In this document: positions 1 to 7,301 of the stretch, piece after piece
How the letters are laid out: every line of letters begins with the position of its first letter
Numbering within the stretch: the first letter of the stretch is position 1
Source: a virus
Lineage: Duplodnaviria > Caudoviricetes
Length of the DNA: 55,773 bases
Virus record (IMG/VR): IMGVR_UViG_3300020152_000027
Location: 1 to 55,773 of that record
Direction: 5' to 3' (one strand)
Translations under genes and position numbers: made by a program
The notes under the pieces: generated by a model
What the model was told of the DNA's origin: nothing
Databases searched by the model: none
Seen by the model: only the letters and a program-made list of their open reading frames with translations

Positions 1-193
1 GTCCGAAACCACCCCGCCGCCGCTTCACCTGCTCGATAGGTTCGCCGTTCGCCCGCTTGATCCTGTCCTCTATTAACTTGACCATGCGGAGAGCGTTGGA
101 GAGGTCATACCGATCAGCGTTGGCTACTTTGGCTTTCCAGTCTGCGAGAGCGGCTTGGTTGCGCTCCTGTTCGGTGGATGGGTGCGCGCTCAT
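1..193 (-). CDS. Hypothetical protein spanning the circular junction (MSAHPSTEQERNQ...GGFGHWSRRAR), continuing at the window end to a stop at ~55743
   Basis: ATG at 193 overlaps the stop of 190..864; after merging the 8-nt terminal repeat the frame ends in a TGA overlapping the ATG of 55525..55746 (ATGA coupling). Confidence 0.7.
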   Translation of the reverse strand, partial: MSAHPSTEQERNQAALADWKAKVANADRYDLSNALRMVKLIEDRIKRANGEPIEQVKRRRGGFG

Positions 194-864
194 TGTTCGA
201 TCCTCTTGAAACTGATAACCCATACCCACGGGTTAGAGTCCCATTCAAATCCACGTTTGCTGTTGAGATAATCCCATCCGCCTTTGAACACTTCGCGCAT
301 GAAGCCGGGGGCGATGGAGATAGATTCACATGTCGGGTCGTCGCAGCCTTCGGCAATCGCATCGGCGTCCGTGATGTCTTGCAACCTCTCGACTCTGACT
401 TCTGTTATTTCGAGTGTGAGGCGGGAAGCCCAGCGGGGCATGTAGATCGGGGATACGGGTTTATAAGCGTGTGCGGCGGGGTGATAATCTTCATCGGGTG
501 CGCGGTCTTTAACTCGACATACACCCGGAGTTGCGGCGTAGATGAATATGCGCTTACTGTCAGTGTCTAACTTGCCCGCCTCGCGCACCCACAGACAATC
601 TCCAACGTCACCGTAATGGTCAGTGAGTTCGACAGGCTTTGCGGCTAAAAGAGTCTCCAAAGTGTTTTTGCTCGCTGCGCCGTTCCGATGATTCCACCAC
701 CAATCCTTACCGTCATAAGTTGGCTGCGGTTTAATCACGCGCCGCGTCTGCGTCTTGTTGCCCGCCAGAATCGCCCGCACCATCTCACCTGAAAAGATGA
801 TCGGCCTTTCCTTGATCTGCGGCTTGAGGTCAGCGGGTTGAAATGTTTCAGGGTGCGCGCTCAT
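190..864 (-). CDS. ASCH/PUA-like phage protein
   Basis: ERPIIFSGEMVRAILAGNKTQTRR, SPIYMPRWASRLTLEIT and NPWVWVISF motifs of a widespread phage ASCH-related family. Confidence 0.75.
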   Translation of the reverse strand: MSAHPETFQPADLKPQIKERPIIFSGEMVRAILAGNKTQTRRVIKPQPTYDGKDWWWNHRNGAASKNTLETLLAAKPVELTDHYGDVGDCLWVREAGKLDTDSKRIFIYAATPGVCRVKDRAPDEDYHPAAHAYKPVSPIYMPRWASRLTLEITEVRVERLQDITDADAIAEGCDDPTCESISIAPGFMREVFKGGWDYLNSKRGFEWDSNPWVWVISFKRIEQ

Positions 865-1253
865 TTGGCTTGACCTTTCACCTTGACGGCTTTTTGCTTC
901 CGCAGCTTCCAGCGCGACCCTTCGCCGGCTGGTTGCCAGTTGCGCGGCTTGCCGTCGCGGTACGTAGCTTTGGAGTGGGTGATTCGAGCGGCAGTGATGT
1001 AGCCGCCTTTGATGTCGTACATCACTCCGAACTTATAGACGGGCGTTACTTCCGAAATATGCGCGGAGCAATGAAGCGATTGCGTGCCGTCGGTGATATA
1101 GCGAGCGTGTACCGTTTCGCCTTCGATGTGGGTGACTTCTGCAATCAGGCGAGTACACGGCTTGTCGAACTCATTGATGATCACATATTCGCCAATCAAC
1201 TTGTCGGCGTCTTGCGTCTCCGTGGCGGGCGCGGTGGGGTGATTAGTGGTCAT
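861..1253 (-). CDS. Hypothetical early protein
   Basis: ATGA-coupled within PL operon, GGAG RBS. Confidence 0.6.
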   Translation of the reverse strand: MTTNHPTAPATETQDADKLIGEYVIINEFDKPCTRLIAEVTHIEGETVHARYITDGTQSLHCSAHISEVTPVYKFGVMYDIKGGYITAARITHSKATYRDGKPRNWQPAGEGSRWKLRKQKAVKVKGQAK

Positions 1254-1447
1254 TTGGAGTCTCCTAACGCCTCACGCAACAAAGCTGCTGAGGTGAGACA
1301 ATCGTTGATCAAGTCGTGCATAGCAGCCGTTCGCCCCGGCAACTTCTCGACCTCAAGCGCGATGCGGACTAAATTGCGCTCTGCGATGCGGGCTTGCGCT
1401 TTAAGGAAATCTATATCGGGCGCGGTGGATGGGGTGAATGGTGACAT
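1250..1447 (-). CDS. Hypothetical early protein
   Basis: AAGGAG RBS, coupled stop/start. Confidence 0.6.
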   Translation of the reverse strand: MSPFTPSTAPDIDFLKAQARIAERNLVRIALEVEKLPGRTAAMHDLINDCLTSAALLREALGDSK

Positions 1448-1607
1448 GGTTGCTCCTTAGAAATCTTCCGTTCCCACAGTCAGCACACCCGCCGCCCACT
1501 CTGCTTCAAGTTCCGCATACGCGCGCTCGGCCTGTTCGTCGTTGTAGGCTTGCTCGGCCATTTGCATCTCGTAATCCTGTTCGTCTGTAATCTGCATGGT
1601 TCTCTCC

Positions 1608-1859
1608 TTATCCGCAGTTGGCTTGGTGTCTCGTACCCTCGATTGCAAAACACGACTCGCACCGCATCGCCTCAACCCGCTCCTTCAAAGCGGCCACGGC
1701 GTAAGACTTGATACAGGCAAACTCGGCAATATTTGACTGGCCGTCGAGTGATGCCCAGTAGCCACGCCCGCAGCGCATGACCTGAATGATGTAGCCGTCA
1801 GCGACGATCGTCTCGTCCGTCTCCGTGGCGGGCGCGGTGGATGGGGTGGATGGTGACAT
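1608..1859 (-). CDS. First gene of PL operon, hypothetical
   Basis: AAGGAG RBS just downstream of PL. Confidence 0.6.
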   Translation of the reverse strand: MSPSTPSTAPATETDETIVADGYIIQVMRCGRGYWASLDGQSNIAEFACIKSYAVAALKERVEAMRCESCFAIEGTRHQANCG

Positions 1860-1881
1860 TGCGATTGACTCCTTAACTAAA

Positions 1882-1921
1882 CTGTCTAGAGGATTCTAGA
1901 ATAATCTAGATAAGAAGTCAA
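1882..1921 (-). promoter_or_regulatory. PL promoter/operator OL
   Basis: Minus strand TTGACT-17-TAGAAT; TCTAGA at 1885, 1895, 1905 (10-bp period); 1882-1901 is the exact reverse complement of 4159-4178. Confidence 0.85.
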
Positions 1922-1948
1922 GAGAGTTCTTGAAAATTATTTCAAACG

Positions 1949-1981
1949 CAAAAACGCCCGACCACGTTAATGATCGGGCGT
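1949..1981 (-). terminator. Intrinsic terminator after the 2007-2994 gene pair
   Basis: ACGCCCGAtc...GGTCGGGCGT hairpin followed by a T-run on minus strand. Confidence 0.7.
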
Positions 1982-2006
1982 CCGACGGGCTTTCTATTAA
2001 AGGGCT

Positions 2007-2597
2007 TTAGGCGGGAACTAGCAGGCGGTCAATGTAACGTTGCGCCGCTTTGATGTCGGAGACGATGGGGTCTTTTCGCGCGCGCTTCCTTAACTTATCG
2101 GCCAGCCAGCGCAGCCGTCTTACTAGAAACAAGAGGATCGGCCTGAGCCGCCGCTTGTGCCTAACAGCTAACCGCCACCATACGCTGTAGTTAAAGATGA
2201 TGTAATCGAGGGATTGGCTGGTCTTACTGAGTACATCCTTCGTTCCTTGAGTCCACGACTCCCGCTCTATGTTTAAGTCGCTACCCTCCCCCTCTTCCAT
2301 GCTGTTCAGGAAGGCTTGACGGAGCGCGGCACTAATCGCCGTGTACTCATCAGGGCGTCGCATAATGGCGGTCGTGAGATGATAGACCCTGCGAAACGTC
2401 TGCGAGCGCACGTCTATCTCGCCGCTAACGGCAAGCCGCATTAAATCACAGCGGGCATCTCCAAAATTGGCTTGCGTTCGGAAGACGCGGATTTTATGAA
2501 CGATGTTCCGCCGATCCCGGTACGCGAGGGCGGTCAAGACAAAATTGCGTACAGTCCAGAGGACGGCACAGACGACGACGAAAGCTAGAAAACTCAT
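2007..2597 (-). CDS. Membrane protein in immunity region (N-terminal TM)
   Basis: MSFLAFVVVCAVLWTVRNFVLTAL hydrophobic segment; located between cI and PL. Confidence 0.65.
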   Translation of the reverse strand: MSFLAFVVVCAVLWTVRNFVLTALAYRDRRNIVHKIRVFRTQANFGDARCDLMRLAVSGEIDVRSQTFRRVYHLTTAIMRRPDEYTAISAALRQAFLNSMEEGEGSDLNIERESWTQGTKDVLSKTSQSLDYIIFNYSVWWRLAVRHKRRLRPILLFLVRRLRWLADKLRKRARKDPIVSDIKAAQRYIDRLLVPA

Positions 2598-2601
2598 GGT
2601 G

Positions 2602-2994
2602 TCACTTCCGTTCGTTAGATTTCTTTCGAGGAGACTTTGTTGCCTCACCTTCTAAGGCTCGGCGGGCAGTAGGGGCGTCGGGGAACTCGTTTTTCAAAAC
2701 GATGCGGTCTACTTCTTCGGGACTTAGCCCACACTTATCTTTCAGGAACAGCGCGCGCCACATCCTATTTTCTTCCGCCAGACGCTGGATGCTTCTTTCC
2801 TTCTCGTCTAACGCAGCATTAGCATCCCGATCTTTCCTGCGATCATTGTAACGCTTAAGTGCCCCGCTGGCAATTACCAGAAGAACGGCAACCGCGAGGG
2901 TTCCAGCTACACCTAAAGTGCCTATGAGCGTGTTCCAGAGGGCGGTAAAAGCCTTGACGAACTCCGTCGCCGCTTCCTGAATTATAAATGCCAT
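2602..2994 (-). CDS. Single-pass membrane protein with coiled coil
   Basis: LIGTLGVAGTLAVAVLLVIASG TM followed by charged helix. Confidence 0.65.
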   Translation of the reverse strand: MAFIIQEAATEFVKAFTALWNTLIGTLGVAGTLAVAVLLVIASGALKRYNDRRKDRDANAALDEKERSIQRLAEENRMWRALFLKDKCGLSPEEVDRIVLKNEFPDAPTARRALEGEATKSPRKKSNERK

Positions 2995-3081
2995 AAGAGG
3001 CCGGGCATGGGTGAGATGGCTTTCGGTTCTAGAAATTGCCTGCGGATATTATCAGTCATGCCAATTTATTAGCAAGCAAAT

Positions 3082-3108
3082 AAAAAACCCCGCCGGGAGT
3101 GCGGGGGC
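3082..3108 (-). terminator. Intrinsic terminator of cI operon
   Basis: CCCCGC-loop-GCGGGG hairpin followed by a T-run on minus strand. Confidence 0.7.
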
Positions 3109-3144
3109 AAGTTCTTTGTCGAGAGTTTTAAAGAATTAAGATTG

Positions 3145-3657
3145 TCAGCCAGCGATATTTCTCAGTGCTTTCGACTTCTTAAACCTGTGCGAGACGCCGG
3201 GTTCTTTAATGAGCGGGTATCTTTCATCGTCAGCAAGTTGTAACGAGTCGTCCCACCACACCCACCGACCGGCAACGTCGGCGCGCGGATAGAACTCAAG
3301 TAGCTTTCCGGCGATGTGTAATTTAGACAATTGAAACTCGCCTGACTCTGCTTCAGGATGAAAACTGTCAAGTCTGACCATGCCGGGACTTAGGCTTGTT
3401 AGCAAAGCAATTAGCAACTCTCCGTCGGGATACTCTATTCCGTAAACGCCGCATCCAACGAAGCCGCATTTGAGGAAAATTAGGATCGATCCGACTGAGA
3501 ATCTTGCGTAACCTTCATCTTCAATTTCAAGAAAAAAGCAGGTGTCCGTAGGAGAGTAACCTACAGGGACTCTAAGGTGTTGAACGTCGGGGGGGCTTCT
3601 TCGGGCGATTCGGCTGACACTACCCATATACAATGAGAGGCCAAAGCTGTACAGCAA
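3145..3657 (-). CDS. Stand-alone degenerate peptidase S24/LexA C-terminal-like domain protein
   Basis: Pattern FFLEIEDE..FSVGSILIF..GMVRLDSFHP..LHIAGKLL resembles the S24 fold without the GDSM serine motif; directly downstream of cI. Confidence 0.45.
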   Translation of the reverse strand: MLYSFGLSLYMGSVSRIARRSPPDVQHLRVPVGYSPTDTCFFLEIEDEGYARFSVGSILIFLKCGFVGCGVYGIEYPDGELLIALLTSLSPGMVRLDSFHPEAESGEFQLSKLHIAGKLLEFYPRADVAGRWVWWDDSLQLADDERYPLIKEPGVSHRFKKSKALRNIAG

Positions 3658-3740
3658 GGCGGTGAGTGGAATGCGAGTAACAAGCGTCGCGCCTTTTCCT
3701 TTCTTAGTTTCATACTAAAGCGTTTTTGGTACGTTTTATT

Positions 3741-4109
3741 TTAGCTTGCAGTTTTGCCTTTTTTCGGTTTGTAGGCTTTGCGCCTCTGCATAGGCATCAT
3801 TTGCTCAGGCTCAGATGGTACTTCCCTGATATTGGTTGGTAGTGAGGCGTCCATTTGTTGAAAGTTTAATTGCCGCTCTGCCCGCGCCCGCTCTCGTTGG
3901 CGTGCCCTGTATTCAATCTCGTCAAGTTGAGCATCTTCCCAGAACACGGCATATCTATCGAGTATCTCCACAGCTACTTCTGTCCGGTTCTTTTTGTCGC
4001 CTTTAAAGCGTTCCGCAAGCCGCTCCAATCGCTCCACAAGTTCTTTGGGGGCTTGGACGTTGAATTGCAATTTTCCTTTGTTTTCGCTCACAACAATCAT
4101 AGTAACCAT
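3741..4109 (-). CDS. CI-position repressor, Arc-like ribbon-helix-helix with coiled-coil C-terminus
   Basis: KLQFNVQAPKELVERLERLAE aligns with P22 Arc PQFNLRWPREVLDLVRKVAE; divergent from PR; GGAG RBS before ATG 4109. Confidence 0.7.
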   Translation of the reverse strand: MVTMIVVSENKGKLQFNVQAPKELVERLERLAERFKGDKKNRTEVAVEILDRYAVFWEDAQLDEIEYRARQRERARAERQLNFQQMDASLPTNIREVPSEPEQMMPMQRRKAYKPKKGKTAS

Positions 4110-4138
4110 TTCTAGAAATCTCCACAACTATTTTATCC

Positions 4139-4178
4139 TTGACAGCCCCGCTAGAATCTTCTAGAATCCTCTAGACAG
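4139..4178 (+). promoter_or_regulatory. PR promoter/operator OR
   Basis: TTGACA(4139)-17-TAGAAT(4162); CTAGA at 4151, 4161, 4171; back-to-back minus-strand TAAAAT could be the PRM -10. Confidence 0.85.
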
Positions 4179-4193
4179 ATTGGAGGAAAGCAG

Positions 4194-4373
4194 ATGCCGA
4201 AGTTAAAAAAGGGGCAAGTCGGGCGCTACGTTGTTTGGCCTAAAGACCTCGACAAGTGGCTACAGGACAAAGCCAAAGAGCATGGCCTTAACTCACCCCA
4301 AAAGTTTGCGGTGATGTCTCTTATGGGCGACATGCAGCGCACTGACGACGTTCCACAAAAACGCGCCTCATAA
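4194..4373 (+). CDS. Cro-position ribbon-helix-helix protein, 59 aa (not in ORF track)
   Basis: GGAGG RBS; MPKLKKGQVGRYVVWPKDLDKWLQDKAKEHGLNSPQKFAVMSL... has RHH strand-helix-helix pattern. Confidence 0.7.
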   Translation: MPKLKKGQVGRYVVWPKDLDKWLQDKAKEHGLNSPQKFAVMSLMGDMQRTDDVPQKRAS

Positions 4374-4500
4374 CTCTCCGGCTTTGGGGCGGGAGAAACG
4401 TACCAAGAAACCCCCGCCCCTCCACCGTGCGCCGCGACGCGAAACGGAGAGTAGCAAGTTCACTTGACCATTGAAATCACGACTTGCACGGAATTGTGCT

Positions 4501-4992
4501 ATGAGACCACAAAGCATCCCGCCGCCGTCACAAATCGAAGTTGAGGCCGAGCTACGCGACCAATTCAAGCACGGCGACATCACGGCTGTCTCGATCTGGC
4601 TCGGCCACCGAGACCACACGACGCTCTCTAGGGAGTTGAACTCCGAAGAACCGGCAGAGTCGTCCGCTTACGCTTTCCTCCGCTTTCTGGATGCCTGCTA
4701 CAAGACGCGGTTTGAGCTAGGCACAGCCGTATGGGCTTTGGTCGAACGCTTCAACGCCCGCTACCAGCAGAAGGCCGTAGAGACGCAGACGTTCAGCCCC
4801 GTTGCGGAAACATTCCACACCTTAAACATCGCTGAATTAAACGATCTGCCTGTGAGGGATCGCCTACGCGTGGCGCAGCAGCTTTACTCCGATCTAGGGA
4901 AGTACATCGCGGGTTTGTATCACTTGGACATGGACGCCGACGAAGAAGAGACGCAGTATCCCCGACCCGCCAAAACGGCGGGCGGGAGATAG
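4501..4992 (+). CDS. CII-like phage regulatory protein
   Basis: Position after cro; HTH-like ITAVSIWLGHRDHTTLSRELNS. Confidence 0.5.
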   Translation: MRPQSIPPPSQIEVEAELRDQFKHGDITAVSIWLGHRDHTTLSRELNSEEPAESSAYAFLRFLDACYKTRFELGTAVWALVERFNARYQQKAVETQTFSPVAETFHTLNIAELNDLPVRDRLRVAQQLYSDLGKYIAGLYHLDMDADEEETQYPRPAKTAGGR

Positions 4993-5007
4993 GCTTTTGA
5001 TTGGTTG

Positions 5008-5229
5008 CTAGGGAATCAGTTGAACGATGAACTCGCCAAACCACACCAGCGCAATGTTCCACTCCGAAGCTTCCGCTTCTGGATCGGTAGTCGCAGGGGG
5101 CGCGGCGGGCGGCGGGTTACAGCCGTACACGGTCGTCCAGATCGTGCCGTCTTTACAAGTGGGGTTGTTGGCCTCGACCGGGAGGTATAAGGCCAGCACA
5201 AGGGCAAGGGAGACGAGTAGCTTTTTCAT
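5008..5229 (-). CDS. Secreted pro-peptide (candidate signalling peptide precursor)
   Basis: Sec signal MKKLLVSLALVLALYLPVEA; core CKDGTIWTTVYGC; Pro-rich linker; amphipathic C-terminal helix. Confidence 0.75.
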   Translation of the reverse strand: MKKLLVSLALVLALYLPVEANNPTCKDGTIWTTVYGCNPPPAAPPATTDPEAEASEWNIALVWFGEFIVQLIP

Positions 5230-5235
5230 ACACAT

Positions 5236-5264
5236 AGTTTAATGAACGAAATCAAAACAATCAA
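5236..5264 (-). promoter_or_regulatory. Leaderless-type sigma70 promoter of the pro-peptide gene
   Basis: Minus strand TTGATT-17-TAAACT, 6 nt before ATG 5229; no Shine-Dalgarno. Confidence 0.6.
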
Positions 5265-6120
5265 ACTTCAACTCGCAAGCGTGCCGTCGAATCTTCCCGC
5301 GTGGGGAGATTGGAACGAGCAGGCGAACTGGCGTTTGAGGCTTGGTGAGTTTGACGCCGCGCTTTCGATTCTACGGGTGGCACTTTCGGAGACGGAAGAT
5401 GTCAACGGGCGCGCGGCACTGACCGCAACTCTGGCGCGAACACTCTGCGTTAGCAACCGCAAATCGCTCGCCTATCAGTTGCTATCCGAGTTTGATCAAT
5501 GTGCCATCTCCGATCCCCTCATTCTCGCCAAGTTTCAGCACACGAAGGCGAACGTCTTGGACGAGTCCGGTGAATACGGGAAAGCGTTGATAGAACTTGC
5601 CGGAGCAAGTGCTTATTTCGAGGTGGCAGGGCATCCAGATCGCGCAGAGGTCGCAGCCAACACGGCGAGCGTCTACGTCAAGATAGGTAAGCCCGAAAAG
5701 GCGCACCCCGAACTCGACAAAGCAGAATCCTACTTCCGCTCCATCTCCGATCAGGTTGCACTAGCCCAAACCTTAGAGACCCGCGCACGCGCTTACCTCG
5801 CAGAGAACAGGTGCGATGAAGCGTATGCGGCGATTAAAGAATCCCGTTCATACCTGACAGACGAAGCCCCTTTAATTCTCGAATCTTTGGCGACTGAGGT
5901 TCAGATATTGGATCGGATGAAGAGTATTGCGGAGAGGGAGCGCACCAGACTTGCGCTGTTATTGAGCGCAGGGAACTACAAGGCGGCTGGCAGGTTGTTG
6001 GACATAACGGGAACAGCAGTAAAGAACAGAGTCAAAGCAGACCCGACGCTAAACGCCTTTGAGTCCGGTAGTCATACCGCCGTAGCCAGTATGGATGATG
6101 CCCTTGAGGTCAGGCCATAA
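5242..6120 (+). CDS. TPR-repeat transcriptional regulator with C-terminal Fis-type HTH (candidate peptide receptor)
   Basis: Repeated TPR helices (GEFDAALSIL, GEYGKALIEL, AEVAANTASVYVKIGKPEKA, AQTLETRARAYLAE); ERERTRLALLLSAGNYKAAGRLLDIT matches the Fis/HTH_8 pattern; start uncertain. Confidence 0.8.
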   Translation: MNEIKTIKLQLASVPSNLPAWGDWNEQANWRLRLGEFDAALSILRVALSETEDVNGRAALTATLARTLCVSNRKSLAYQLLSEFDQCAISDPLILAKFQHTKANVLDESGEYGKALIELAGASAYFEVAGHPDRAEVAANTASVYVKIGKPEKAHPELDKAESYFRSISDQVALAQTLETRARAYLAENRCDEAYAAIKESRSYLTDEAPLILESLATEVQILDRMKSIAERERTRLALLLSAGNYKAAGRLLDITGTAVKNRVKADPTLNAFESGSHTAVASMDDALEVRP

Positions 6121-6309
6121 GACACCGAAGCGAGAAACGACCCACGGGATGAGGATGCCCTTGCAATCACCACTCGTTCCGATAGTGCCGAAGAAGTCAG
6201 AGCCAGTGCCGATGATGCCGAAGAAGTTCAACCCGCAGACGATGACACCTTTGAACATCGGGATGATGACACCGAAGCAAGCAATGATGATGCCAAAAAG
6301 TTTTTTCAT
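6049..6309 (-). CDS. Repetitive multi-peptide precursor (86 aa)
   Basis: MKKLF-GIIIAC-F-GVIIPM-FK-GVIVCG-LNFF-GIIGTG-SDFF-GTIGTS-GDCK-GILIPW-VVSRF-GVLWPD-LK-GIIHTG-Y-GGMTTG-LKGV; extended -10 TGCTAGAAT 8 nt before ATG. Confidence 0.65.
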   Translation of the reverse strand: MKKLFGIIIACFGVIIPMFKGVIVCGLNFFGIIGTGSDFFGTIGTSGDCKGILIPWVVSRFGVLWPDLKGIIHTGYGGMTTGLKGV

Positions 6310-6351
6310 AGCGGGAGATTCTAGCAGAAGGGAACAAGACGGCAAATATTT

Positions 6352-6732
6352 TCACGCGTCGGGCTTCGACTCGTTTTTCAGGAGTTCATATTCAACGCTC
6401 CATCTGGCGCAAACCTTGACCAGTCCTACAAGCGAGTTCCATGTGAGGAAGACATAGACACAGATGAGCAACACATCCAGACGCGAGGCCGCACCGGCGG
6501 GCGATACCAGAAGCCAAAGGACGAATATGTTGATGCACGCCAGAAACAACTGGCCTAACACTATCGCCGTCGTCTTGCCGAATATCTGTCTGTATATGGG
6601 CTTGTACGTGATCTTGCGCGGGTCGGGATGGTCGGACTGGATAGCGTTTCTCTTAACGATGTCCGCCCAGATGGGAGTAACGGCCATCACGATCATGCCG
6701 ATTATCGCAAAAACCAACTCACGAAAAGTCAT
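6352..6732 (-). CDS. Three-TM membrane protein (moron)
   Basis: Three hydrophobic stretches; opposite strand to the early operon. Confidence 0.65.
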   Translation of the reverse strand: MTFRELVFAIIGMIVMAVTPIWADIVKRNAIQSDHPDPRKITYKPIYRQIFGKTTAIVLGQLFLACINIFVLWLLVSPAGAASRLDVLLICVYVFLTWNSLVGLVKVCARWSVEYELLKNESKPDA

Positions 6733-6925
6733 AACTAGCCAATCGGATCGGGTGTGAGAAATCGGCGGTGAGTCTATCAGAGCAAAGTACTAACACAAAG
6801 GCTTTTCCCCCCTTGATCAGATAGTCAAGAGGGCAGACGAAAAGGATTAGTTCGATGATCCTACTTATCAAAAATCTACTCTCCATACTCTCCCATGAAG
6901 GTCTATGGCTGGAGGAAACGGTGTT

Positions 6926-7192
6926 ATGAGCGCGCTATTAAAAGTCGTTCCCACGGAACCGGACATCGAGCGGCTGGCTGCAATCCGCAACGAACAGGCG
7001 ACCTTAGCCCAGCGGATGGCGATGCACCTGAAGCACATGGAGCGGGCGCGTGCGGAGTGGACGGCTTTAGGAGATGAGGGGCGGGAACTGGAAGAGGGCT
7101 TCGAGCGGAGACGCAGAGCAAGGCTGCGCGACGAACTGCCGGTGATGGCCGCACCTATCAGGATTGAATTAGTGGAGGGGATGGGATGCTGA
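6926..7192 (+). CDS. Hypothetical coiled-coil protein
   Basis: GGAGG RBS upstream. Confidence 0.55.
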   Translation: MSALLKVVPTEPDIERLAAIRNEQATLAQRMAMHLKHMERARAEWTALGDEGRELEEGFERRRRARLRDELPVMAAPIRIELVEGMGC

Positions 7193-7301
7193 AAACGATT
7201 GTGAGCGTGTTGGCCTATCACTTGAGCAAGGGACTGGAGGCCGCATTCGACAGTGTGGAGATGAAGCTGCGGCTACGCGCACGGCGTAAGGAGGCGAGAC
7301 G

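Noticed and set aside
6095-6457. Plus-strand Met/Pro-rich repetitive ORF
   Set aside because: Reverse reading of the multi-peptide gene; no RBS, and it overlaps two better minus-strand ORFs, one with its own promoter
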